Translations under genes and position numbers: made by a program
Notes under the pieces: generated by a model
The model's database searches: none
Seen by the model: only the letters and a program-made list of their open reading frames with translations
What the model was told of the DNA's origin: nothing
Shown here: in pieces, positions 47,791-58,131 of the stretch
Layout of the letters: each line of letters opens with the position of its first letter
Position numbering within the stretch: position 1 is the stretch's first letter
NCBI GenBank assembly: GCA_963712115.1
Contig: CAVQGX010000038.1
Span: 1 to 64,000 of the forward strand
DNA length: 64,000 bases
Direction: 5' to 3'
Source: an uncultured delta proteobacterium
GTDB taxonomy: Bacteria > Desulfobacterota > Syntrophobacteria > BM002

Positions 47791-48286
47791 GCAATACAAT
47801 TGGTTATTTTTGATCCTCTCCGGCGTTGTTGTTGTGATGGGATTAGCCGTCTTGGTGCAGGTGGCAAGAAGGAAGAAGGTCCACGCTCCAGGGCCCATGA
47901 CGACCAAAGGGACAGCTGGGAGCATTCTCGACTCAGTACCTCCAATGCCTCAGGCAGTATTGATCGACGTGGGAAAGGCTGTTTCACCAGAATCCTTAAC
48001 CTTGCCTTTGAAAAAAGATGTCCTGAGAATTGGTCGTGACAAAGGTAATGACATCATAATCTCCAGGGAGACCGTGTCGAGCTTTCATGCCACGATTCAA
48101 TATAAAGATGGCTACTTTTACTTAGAAGATCTGAGGAGTACAAACGGCACCCGCTTAAACAACGACAAGCTCAGGCACAATGAGCCTGTTAGACTGAAAA
48201 GCGGGGACAGAATCGATTTTTCCATCCATGAATTCAGATTTCTCATTCCCGACCAGACGCCTCTCGGCGAAACAGTGAGGGTGTAG
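47780..48286 (+). CDS. TM + FHA domain protein
   Basis: IGRD..NDI, VSSFHA, DLRSTNGT. Confidence 0.85.
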   Translation: MASKQYNWLFLILSGVVVVMGLAVLVQVARRKKVHAPGPMTTKGTAGSILDSVPPMPQAVLIDVGKAVSPESLTLPLKKDVLRIGRDKGNDIIISRETVSSFHATIQYKDGYFYLEDLRSTNGTRLNNDKLRHNEPVRLKSGDRIDFSIHEFRFLIPDQTPLGETVRV

Positions 48287-48287
48287 G

Positions 48288-48395
48288 ACGATTGCGGATT
48301 GTGGAAAGGCACAAGGCTCAGGGCGCAAGGTTCAAGGCGATTTGGGTCAATCGGCTTCGCCGTCATTAGGTCACTACGCTGCGCTGTCATTAAGT
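48288..48395 (+). repeat. Mosaic repeat array starting right after the FHA stop
   Basis: gattgcg and ggcgcaa runs, gtcatt module. Confidence 0.8.
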
Positions 48396-48771
48396 TCACT
48401 TCACCTTGTAAGCCCATAAAGCATATCTAAATTTTTATTTATCACCCCCAGCCGATCTGAAAATAAGGCTATTTGATTGCAGCAATTTGGCCCCCTGAAA
48501 AGATGTGGACAAAGTTTGTTAATTTTTTGCTAGACATTTATATCCTGTTTATGCAATAATATCAGCAGATTATGTGTAACATCATTCCAACTCTTGGCAA
48601 ATTATTTCACATTTTAGCTTCAAACTAGTCTGGGGCTCAGTGTTTTAAGAGACTTGGAACATTCGATTATCAAGAAAACACTATTTTTCCGAGTAGTAGT
48701 CATTTTGTGAGCATTCGCAGCCTTTTTATCCTCTTTTTTATAATAAATAAACTTATGGAAAGGAAGAAACC

Positions 48772-51700
48772 ATGAAAAAAGACGGGGCTTTAAACCTGCT
48801 TCGGTTCACGGGCCGCTTGGCCCTCTTCGCCATAGCCGCATCATTCATCTTGCCAGTGGCCGGTGCCGCTGCCCAGAGTAATAGTGTCCCAAGCACTGAA
48901 CTCTACTTCGTCCCAAATGTGGTGGCTCAGTTTCAAGCGCTGTCGGAGCGAGGGGATGCCCTTGGTTTAGGCATCGGTGACTCGCCGGATCCTTCGGTGT
49001 CAAATCACTATCAAGGTATCGCTCGCTCCCATGGTCCCGGAAGACCGTATTTCTTTATTACACGCAATGACCATGACACCGCGGCAAATCTCCTCGTCGT
49101 TTCCATGGAATCCCGGCCTACGAATGGGGAGCGCCTTCGCTCAAACCGCTTACAGCGCGGCAAGGACACTGATGATAGTCCTCCTCCTTCGGAGGACAAG
49201 GTTACCGCCTGGTATCCGTTTTACACACCGTTCGACGGATGGCCGAACTACAAGCATGCGGGGGGCATGCAACTTTTAGGAGATGTCCTCGCAGTGCCCC
49301 TAGAAGATCCCTTTCTTCCAGAGACTCGGCAGAAGCTTATCGTATTTTTCGATGTGTCAGATCCTCTAAATCCACAAATTATCAACGAGTTATCTATTGA
49401 TGGCTATCCTGGCGGCCTTACCGGGTTGGTAGCATTCACAAAAACTCGGGACGACAAATACCTCTTGCTGGTTACGGGTGGCGATAACGACATCCTTTGG
49501 CTCTTTTATTCGACCTCGCTGGATTTCGCCGATCAGAACTTCCAATGGATTCCTCTTGACGTATGGATTGTAAATGACGATGAACAATACCTGGGTTTTA
49601 ATCACAAATGGCCGTCCGATATGTGCTCACCCGGAGACTTATTGGATTGCGACCATCCACATCAAACCCTCAATTTTGTGCGTGAGGGAAACCTTGACGG
49701 AGACCTCTATCTAATCGGGACAAGAAACAAAGGAGGGGGGGCCGGCGGCTGCAGGGATTGACGAGGACTACTTCGACCTTTACAAGGTCGAGTGGTGCAA
49801 CAGTAGATCGATCTGTTTGTCGGGCCGACCCTGAAGAACGGCTACCTTCAGTTCACGCTGCGGTTTAGAATGACCAAGGACATTGTCGCCAAATCGAAAT
49901 CTGATGGAGATGACATTACAAATTTCGCTGCATCTGGCGGGGTATACGTCAGCCCGACTGGAGAACTCATTATCTACGGCACCGAACATGACAACGATGG
50001 CCCAAAAGATGAAACCGGCAAAGGAACAATCAAGGCCGGCGAATGGCGCCACCGCGATGTCAATTACACCGGCACCTGCACCCGGGGTACGGGATGGGCA
50101 GAGTTGTATGACGATAATGATTTTAAGGGCCGAAGCATTGTGTTTGATTGGCCGGACCGAAGCATTGTAAACGAGGACTTCGATAACCTGGATAATCATG
50201 ACGGTTTCGGTAACAAAACGAACTCGTTGAGATGGTGCGCCCCTCTGGATTGTAATATCATAGTTTATGCAGAACCTGCCTATAATAGTCCTATCTATAC
50301 TCTCCAGGGAACCGGCGTCGCATCAGGGTGGCCATCATTTTGTAACGGTTGCATCAAATCGATACAGTTCGATCCATACTCAATATGTGAAAACTCTGTT
50401 CCATTCGCAGAAGCCGGCCCAGATCAAACTGTCTCCGCAGGCCCAAATTGTACGGCTACTGTAGCCCTTGATGGTTCCGCCTCGTCTGACCCTAATGGAG
50501 ATCCACTGACTTATATGTGGACCTGGGATGGCAACACGGCTACAGGAGTAAGCCCAACCATTCTATTGCCATTGGGCACTACCACCATCACCCTTGTGGT
50601 CAACGACGGATTTCAAGATTCCGAGCCCGACTACGTTACCATAACCGTTGCCGATGATACCCCACCAGGGATGTGCCTTTCAGCTAATCCACAAACTCTC
50701 TGGCCACCGAACCACAAAATGGTACCTGTAACCATCGCTGTCTCTGCATCCGACAACTACGATCCAGCGCCCAGTTGTAAGATCATTTCAGTGGCAAGCA
50801 ATGAGCCGGTGAACGGTACGGGTGATGGTAACACGGCACCAGATTGGGTAATTACATGGGGACTTGACAGTTGATCTCAGAGCTGAACGCTCAGGTAATG
50901 GTAATGGCCGTGTGTATACCATCGATGTGGAGTGCACTGATGCCTCCGATAATAGTTCAGAAGACACTGTGGAGGTTCACGTACCTCATGATCAAGGCGA
51001 CCGACCTGATATTAACGACGACGATGGCGACGGTCACTCGGAAAACCAGGGTGACTGCAACGACAATGACAAGACCATCTACCCTGGCGCGGAGGAAATC
51101 TGTGGCGATGGTATAGATCAAAATTGTAACGGAAGGGATTTACCGTGTGGTGATGACTCAGACGAAGACGGTATCCCGAACGACCAAGACAATTGCCCTG
51201 ACTCTGACATGAGTGCGACGGTCGTAATTGACGGCTGTGATTCAGGGGTGAGCAATGCAGTCCTTTCGAAGGGCTGCACCATCTCCGATGAGATTGCGAG
51301 ATGCGGAGCCGAGTCGAGAAACCACGGCCAGTATGTAAGCTGTGTATCCCATCTGACCAACGATCTGAAGCACGACGGCATTCTTACGGGTAGAGAAAAA
51401 GGTGCGATCCAAAGCTGTGTGGCGAGCGATGGCGATATAGACGGAGTGCCAGATCCAGTAGAGCACGGACCTCAAGGAAGCGATCCTAACTATGACGGCA
51501 ACAAGGATGGCATGTCTGATTCTCAGCAAGGAAACGTAGCCTCATGCCACACTCATGACCGAAAGCACTATGTGACAATGGCTTGTTCCGAGCCGATAAC
51601 TGATGCTGCTGCAGTGGAAAAACCTGCGGCGGCTGTTTCTCCATCAAGCGTGGAGTTCCCATACGGATTCTTCGAGTTTGCTATACATGTCCTCAACCCT

Positions 51701-52316
51701 GGTGACACCACCAAGATGATCATATACCTCCCTGTTGATGCAAAGCCCAACACTTACTACAAGTATGGACCAACTCCTGATGACCCCACTAATCACTGGT
51801 ACGAGTTCATGTATGATGACCAAACACTAACAGGAGCTGAAATCAGTGGTAATGTCGTTACTTTGCACTTTGTCGATGGCCAACGGGGAGATGATGATCT
51901 CACCGCTAACGGCACCATTGTTGACCAGGGAGGGCCAGGAATTACCAGTAGCCAGCACAACTTCCTCTTCCAGTGGTGGCGGTGGGTGTTTTGTAGCCAC
52001 AGCAGCTTACGGCTCACCCATGGAGCCAAAAGTAAAATTGTTGAGTGACTTCCGTGACAGGTTCCTGCTCACCAACAAAATGGGTACGGCTTTGGTGAGC
52101 TTCTACTGCAAACACTCCCCGCTGTTGGTGAAGTTCGTTGCAGAGGACGGGAGCTTGCGGGCTCTGCTTCGCTGGGCTCTAATGCCGGTCGTGTGCCTGA
52201 GCTGGTTGGCTTTGAACATAGGTCTGATACCCACATTGGTACTCATACTCTTTTCTCTTGCTGCCATGTGCGCTGCAATGCCGCGGTTGTATCGGAAATG
52301 GCGTCTTTACGCCTAG
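48772..52316 (+). pseudogene. Large multidomain surface protein broken by about 4 frameshifts (crystallin-like, PKD, MopE-like, choice-of-anchor-U-like, CFI-box-CTERM)
   Basis: ORFs 48772-49761, 49870-50874, 50864-52048 and 51846-52316 join into one logical protein: LYDDNDFKGR, AEAGPDQ, LWPPNHKM, GDCND..IYPGA.EICGDGIDQNC, FPYGFF, GGGGCFVATAAYGS. Could be assembly error. Confidence 0.75.
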
Positions 52317-52374
52317 AATCTAAAAGACCTGGAGATTACGGAGGGTATTGAGTTCGCTGAGAACCAACTTATTT

Positions 52375-52668
52375 GCGATGTGAGACTTGGCATAGGGCAG
52401 AGAGCATGGGGCATGGAGTAAAGCGAGACGGGAGGTCGGGCGAGACGGGCGAGACGGGGCAGAAGACAGAGGACAGATTGCGGATTGCGGAAAGGCGCAG
52501 GGCACACGGCGCAAGGCGCAGGGCGATTTGGGTCAATTGGCTTCGCCGTCATTACGCTACGCTGTCATTTGTTGTAAGAGGAACAGTGCATAGCGCATAG
52601 CGTTTTGTTGATTAGTTGATTAGTGGCTTCGCAAGGTTATGGGTTGTGGGTCATTGGTAATTAGTTAA
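52375..52668 (+). repeat. Mosaic repeat array
   Basis: ~90 bp composite block shared with ~37833-37932. Confidence 0.88.
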
Positions 52669-53224
52669 GGGTCATGACTAGAACAGCGGGTACTGTCTGC
52701 GCATTCTAAGTAGGATTGCGGAGAGATTTTCACCTCTATGGTTGAATCTAAACTCGCACTCCTTTAAGTGCAAATAAAAGGTGGATTTACTCATACCCCT
52801 GAACTTAGAGAGTCTGGTTTTTGAATAACCCCAAAAGCTTTCGATTCCGTTGATATGAGATTTGCCCTGAACGAACTGATCAGTGGCATGTTGAACCCGA
52901 AAATGTTTTTTGTAACCCAAGTCAACGAGGCCGTTGTAGCCACGCCAGTAATCGGAATGGATAACACTATCAGGACTCACACGGCCCCTGATAACCGCCT
53001 GAAGGGTCTTGCGTCTACAGTCAGGAACAATTTCCGTGTAGACTTTACCATTTCGTTGGAAAATGCCAAATACAATGGTTTTACCACCCGCCCCGCGGCC
53101 TCTTCGGCCTTTGAAGCGGCGGGCACCGAAATAGGACTCGTCAACCTCAACTACGCCAGAAAAGGGTGATTGTTCTTCACAATGCTGAGCAATCCTCTTT
53201 CGAATTTCATTGAGGTAACGGTTG
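52669..53224 (-). mobile_element. 5'-truncated IS1595-family (ISXO2-like DDE) element
   Basis: Minus frame NRYLNEIRKRIA...VEVDESYFG...GRGAGGKTIVFG...IHSD...HINGIESFW...LKECEFRFNHR; candidate end gggtcatgactaga. Confidence 0.85.
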
Positions 53225-53234
53225 GATTGAACAG

Positions 53235-53430
53235 TCTCTAATTAGATAATTAGAGAATTAGTTAATTCGTTGAAGTCGTAGAAGTCGTTTACGGCGAGAA
53301 AGGCAATTGCAGACTGGGTGTCCTTTCTCGCATAGTGCCATTGCTTACCTTTTACCGTTCACCGCTTACCCTTCACTACTTACTGCTCACTGATTACTTC
53401 TCACCGTTTACCGTCACCATTACCAACTGA
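53235..53430 (+). repeat. Mosaic repeat array
   Basis: aattaga, gaagtcgt and ttaccg/tcaccg runs. Confidence 0.75.
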
Positions 53431-53522
53431 ATTCCAGCAGAAGTTTTAAACGTAGGGATGATATGTGATGTTTCACGGCCATCGAGCTAAGATTACGGAA
53501 GCTTGAAATCGAAGACAAATCA

Positions 53523-53551
53523 TTGACAAATGTTGGCAAGTGATGTATAAA
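53523..53551 (+). promoter_or_regulatory. Sigma-70 promoter
   Basis: TTGACA-17 nt-TATAAA. Confidence 0.55.
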
Positions 53552-53717
53552 AAACGCTAATTGAATGCTTTTCTCATTTAATAGGCAAATCTGTTGAGAA
53601 ATCCTGACAGTTATCCAAGGCGGCACCTTCCCTAAGCACGAACCTATGCTCCACCCATAGTTGTCTTCGAGAGCTATCATAGAATTCGGCGCGCAAAATC
53701 TGACTTCAAGGAGAAGG

Positions 53718-55279
53718 ATGATGCGAGGTAAAGTTCTTACCGTAATGTGCGCAATATTACTGGTCGCCATGCCGATAACCTTACTCTTGGTGAGCTGCGG
53801 TGGCGGAGGCTCGGGAGGCTCCCAATCTACTACGGGTTCGTCGGGCTCTGGCTCAGTTGCTTTACTCCTAGCTGATGGCCCCGCAGACGACTACGATCAG
53901 ATTTTCATAACCATAACTGAAGTGTCGCTCATACCCCAAGAAGGACGCGGCCGAAGCCCGGTTGTCATTTTCCGAAACTCGGCTGGAATCGAAGTTGATC
54001 TCCTCGATTTACGGGATGAAGACTATCTCCTAACAGTCAATAGGCGTGTCCCAGCTGGTGTTTACGAAAAAATTAGACTGCAGATCTCGGGAATCAGGCC
54101 TGCTGGAGGGCCTTGCGACAGTTTACGTCTTCCCAGTGGCAAAATTGATCTCAATCCTCGTGGACTCATAGAGGTTGCCCTAATCGTACATTATCAATTC
54201 GTCTGGACGTGGACGCCAACAAATCAATTAACGTCTCGGCAAGTTGCAATTTTCGGCCGGTCGTCTTTGTTGACATAGAACATGGCGCACCGGTCCAGGC
54301 CTGCCCTCGCATCCTCAGCGGGACCATATCTAGTATCGTCAAAAGAGGTGAAGTCATTGTAGGTTTTGACCTCGAGCTCGCAGGGCGGCGGGGTGAAATC
54401 GAAGTGCGGGTTACGGACGATACTGCTGTTTTTGACCAAAACGGAGAATTTGGAGGTAGGGAGATTCTTAATAACCAAGAGAATGAGCAGGTAAAGGTAA
54501 GGGGACGACTGGATGACGATGGAAGATTGCAGGCATCTGTCGTAGTCCTGGGTCAGGTTCTGGAGGTTAAAGGCAAAGTCGACGGCCCGGTGGACGATGG
54601 TACGGACCTGTTTCCCTTTTCGCCGTTTTCAGGGGAGGAACTCGTTGGCCCTCACGATGTAGAGGTTGTAAATGAGACGCTCGTTCTCATTGGCTGTGAC
54701 ACTGAGGTCGGAAAGGAAGCCATCCAGGCTGGAATGACCGCCAGAGTAATCGGCAAGTTGGTAAGAATAGATAATACGGACGTTTTACGCTCGGTGGTAG
54801 TTTTTCTACAAGCTCGGGAGGTCTCGGGGCAAATCACCTTCATAGAGGATGAAATTGACGGCAAGATAGTCACAGTGGAGCAGGAAACAGGCGTTGAGGT
54901 TGGAGTCTTCGTTCCTTCGGGTACGCCCATTAACATCGAGGGAGATGGTTCCGTACCGAAGGAACTTTTCTGTGAGGGACGACAAGTTCGCATATTACTC
55001 GATCCAGACACCCTGGACCCCATAACGGCTACCTTAGTTCTTGTGCAAGCAGAAGGTCGACAGGGAATGGTGGAAGCATTAGGCTATTATATGCTCATGG
55101 TAGATGGTGAGACTGTAAACGTTCAGCCGACCGCAACAATCCTGGATACCAGCGGGACGGTTGACGCTTTGGTAAACTTTGACGAGATCGAACTAGGAGA
55201 CCAACTGGAGTACTTTGGTCTAGAAGCCTGCCCAGGGGACATGGATTTTACGGCCTTTGTAATTTTGATCACCAGCTAA
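53718..55279 (+). pseudogene. DUF4382/DUF5666-type lipoprotein split by one frameshift near 54180
   Basis: LVSCGGG lipobox, LADGP, VDLLDL, LPSGKI; adding one C at gttgccctaat gives EVAPNRTLSIRLDVDANKS continuous with 54209-55279. Confidence 0.75.
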
Positions 55280-55331
55280 TAGTGGTTCCCCGTTCAGACA
55301 GACTAACTTTTACTCATTGAAAAATTAACGG

Positions 55332-55359
55332 CAGGGTCATCATTGGCCCTGCTTTTTTG
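55332..55359 (+). terminator. Intrinsic terminator
   Basis: gcagggtca-tcat-tggccctgc-tttttt. Confidence 0.75.
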
Positions 55360-55432
55360 TTTTGGAAACTGTTATCTAAAACCTTCACCTTGACCACTTT
55401 TACTAGGTTGGCACTTTCAATTCCTACTAATT

Positions 55433-55447
55433 TGGCATGAGTTTTGC
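55433..55447 (+). promoter_or_regulatory. Sigma-54 promoter, orphaned and facing the IS
   Basis: TGGCAT-gagtt-TTGC. Confidence 0.55.
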
Positions 55448-55631
55448 TCTTTGAATTTAGTTAAAGAGCCAAAGAATTTGATACAATTTTTATCGTAAAA
55501 ACAAAGAGTTATTTACATGTTAACAAATCTCGCAGTGGCGGGTGCAGCGTTTCAGAGGAAAGTGGACAGATTCAGGGGATGAAATAAGAGACGGTTTTAG
55601 GTAATAACATCTGCTGTGAGAGGAGTAAGAA

Positions 55632-55985
55632 ATGAAACCTAAAACCAACCAGAGCCCTGAATCTGTTGTTCGTGAGATCAAGCGAAAAACCCGCCGAAAA
55701 TTCAACTCAGAAGAAAAAATCAGAATCATTCTGGAAGGCCTAAAGGGTGAAGAGAGCATTGCCAACATCTGCCGCAGAGAAGGCATTGCCCCCAGTATGT
55801 ACTATGCGTGGAGCAAAGCGTTTCTGGAGGCAGGCAAGCAGCGTTTGCAGGGCGATACTCTCCGAGAGGCCAGTAGCAGCGAGGTGGCTGAGCTTCGCAA
55901 AGAGAACGAGCAGCTCAAGCAGCTTGTAGCCGAATTGAGTTTGCGCAACCGGGTGCTGAAAAAAAGTCTGAGTGGTCTGGATTGA
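55632..55985 (+). CDS. IS3-family OrfA (HTH)
   Basis: RRKFNSEEKIRIILEGL, ICRREGI, leucine-zipper-like tail LKKS. Confidence 0.9.
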   Translation: MKPKTNQSPESVVREIKRKTRRKFNSEEKIRIILEGLKGEESIANICRREGIAPSMYYAWSKAFLEAGKQRLQGDTLREASSSEVAELRKENEQLKQLVAELSLRNRVLKKSLSGLD

Positions 55986-56983
55986 AGTGGAGGCGCTACA
56001 TGCGCTACAGCCAATCAGAAAAGATGGAAATCATCCGGTTGGTAGAGCAATCACCGCTCAGTGTAAAGCAGACGCTTGTCGAGTTCAACATCAACCGGAG
56101 CACGTTTTACAAATGGTATCGCAGGTACCAGGAGGGAGGTTACCAGGCACTGGCGAACCGCTACCGACCTCCGAAGCAGTTCTGGAACCAGATACCGCCG
56201 TGGGAGCGACTGCGTGTGGTTGAGATCGCTCTTGAGCACCCTGAGAAGTCACCGCGTGAGCTGGCTTGGTACATCACCGACAAACAAGGTTTTTATATCT
56301 CGGAGTCATCGGTATACCGGATCCTAAAAGCCCATGATCTGGTAACCAGCCCAGTCTATACAGTTATAACGGCACAGGATAAGTTCCCGCATCCGAGCAA
56401 AGAGCCAAATGAACTGTGGCAGACGGACTTTACCTGGTTCAAAGTAGTGCACTGGGGCTGGTACTATCTGTGCAACATTCTGGATGATTATTCACGATAT
56501 ATTCTTGCCTGGCAATTATGTACCGGTATGTCCGCCGAGGAGGTGAAACAAACGATTGAGGCGGCCATCGGTTTCACCGGTACTAGGAATCCAACCGTAT
56601 GGCATCGCCCCCGGCTACTTTCGGATAATGGCCCCTGCTATGTTTCCAAAGCTCTAAGAGAATATCTCGAAGCAGAAGGGATCCACCATATTCGTGGCAA
56701 GCCGTATCACCCGATGACACAGGGGAAGATTGAGCGATACCACCGTTCGATGAAAAACCTGTTGTTGCTTGAGCATTACCACAGCCCCTTGGAACTCGAA
56801 AATCAAATCGGGAGGTTTGTCGACTACTACAACAACTATCGATACCATGAAGCGCTGAACAATGTAACACCGGCTGATGTTTACTATCGCAGAGAGCGGG
56901 AGATACTGACTAGGCGTGAGCAGATTAAGAAAAACACTATGTGGTTACGTAGAAGACATAATTGCTCTTTGAGGATTGCATGA
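55982..56983 (+). CDS. IS3-family OrfB DDE transposase (-1 frame)
   Basis: WQTDFT, DDYSRY, SDNG, GKIERYHR. Confidence 0.92.
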   Translation: MKWRRYMRYSQSEKMEIIRLVEQSPLSVKQTLVEFNINRSTFYKWYRRYQEGGYQALANRYRPPKQFWNQIPPWERLRVVEIALEHPEKSPRELAWYITDKQGFYISESSVYRILKAHDLVTSPVYTVITAQDKFPHPSKEPNELWQTDFTWFKVVHWGWYYLCNILDDYSRYILAWQLCTGMSAEEVKQTIEAAIGFTGTRNPTVWHRPRLLSDNGPCYVSKALREYLEAEGIHHIRGKPYHPMTQGKIERYHRSMKNLLLLEHYHSPLELENQIGRFVDYYNNYRYHEALNNVTPADVYYRREREILTRREQIKKNTMWLRRRHNCSLRIA

Positions 56984-57061
56984 ACACTTAAAAAAGGATA
57001 TACGGAAGACAGAAACCCTCTCTTAATTTCATACCTGATTTGTCCACAACCCTTTGAAGAC

Positions 57062-57697
57062 CTACAACCTCAGGTTGCTCGAAAGTGTACGGGCAACCAT
57101 CATCAACACTCTGTCTCCCACATTGTGCCCATAGGTATCGTTGACGATTTTGAAGTTGTCTATATCTAGAAAAAGTACCCCACATGGCCAGCCGTATCGT
57201 TGCATCTCATCTATTCTAGAATGCAGCTTCATGTCGATGCAGCGTCTGTTCGCCAATCCAGTTAGCTGGTCTACCAGGGACTCCTTCTGGAGTTCGTCAA
57301 TTCTATGAAGAAGTGCAGCCTTTGAAGAGTTGTCGCTGAAGGTCTCAACAGCGCCTACTATGTTGCCCCTGGCATCTCGCAGGGGAGACACACGAATTAA
57401 AACTGGCAAGCGGTGGCCGTCCTTGTGTTGCAGGTAGGCCTCTGTCTCCCGCACACGGCCATCCATGAGAGTCTGGGCCAGGGGACACCCTGTTTTACAG
57501 AGATTCATACCTTTGTCGTCGATATGCACGAGCAGATTGTCCGAGCAGCTTATGCCTACCGCTTCAGAACCCTCATAGCCGGTAATCCTTTCTGCACCTT
57601 TGTTCCAGTAGGTTATCCTTTTGTTCACGTCAACAAAATAGACACCGTCGTGGAGGCTATCGAGGATACCTCTGAAGAAACTGTCCTTTGTGCTCAT
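57062..57697 (-). pseudogene. PAS-GGDEF diguanylate cyclase truncated by the IS before the GGDEF motif
   Basis: PAS (WNKGAERITGY); DQLTGLANRR, DIDNFK.VND.YGH..GD; ends at the IS right end. Confidence 0.88.
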
Positions 57698-57760
57698 TAC
57701 CCTACCCTATCCCAAAAAATGTTCATCGTTTCCCGAACAGTTCGGGATAGGATTTAATTA

Positions 57761-57775
57761 GCAAGAAAAATGCCT
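57761..57775 (-). promoter_or_regulatory. Possible sigma-54 promoter
   Basis: AGGCAT-ttttc-TTGC, near-identical to the box at 37272-37286. Confidence 0.4.
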
Positions 57776-57784
57776 ATTCCTGTG

Positions 57785-58125
57785 AGATGTGCGATTTGGC
57801 ATAGGGCATAGGGCATGGGGCATAGCGGTTGGAGGAGCGCTTCGCTTGAGGTTGAAGGCCAATTCAGCTGGCAGGAGGCAGTTGGCAGCTCGCGCTTCGA
57901 GTCACTTGCCTTTGGCGTCATTAGGTCAATACGCTTCGCTGTCATTTGTTGTAAGAGGTAAGGAGTGAGAAGTCAGGAGTTAGAATCCAGAATTCAGGAG
58001 AAAAACAATCAAAATTTAGTTCCTTTCAACAATTCCTACTGACTACTGCATACTGGATACTTGATATTCTGATTGCGATTGGAGACAGGCAAACCTGACA
58101 AAACTGGCGAAACCGGCTAAACACC
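57785..58125 (+). repeat. Mosaic repeat array
   Basis: ggcatag, ggcag, gtcatt module, ggagt, ctactg and aaaccggct runs. Confidence 0.85.
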
Positions 58126-58131
58126 TGATGT

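Larger units (their letters stand above)
55543..57066 (+). mobile_element. IS3-family insertion sequence (~1.52 kb)
   Basis: TG...CA ends; imperfect ~48 bp IRs sharing gtggaca.at.cagg..atgaaat.aagaga; orfA/orfB with A7G at 55959-55966. Confidence 0.9.

Noticed and set aside
49759-49806. Selenocysteine/pyrrolysine readthrough linking same-frame ORFs 48772-49761 and 49870-50874
   Set aside because: Both a TGA and a TAG intervene, and an alternative frame (GIDEDYFDLYKVEW) looks protein-like, so two compensating frameshifts fit better.
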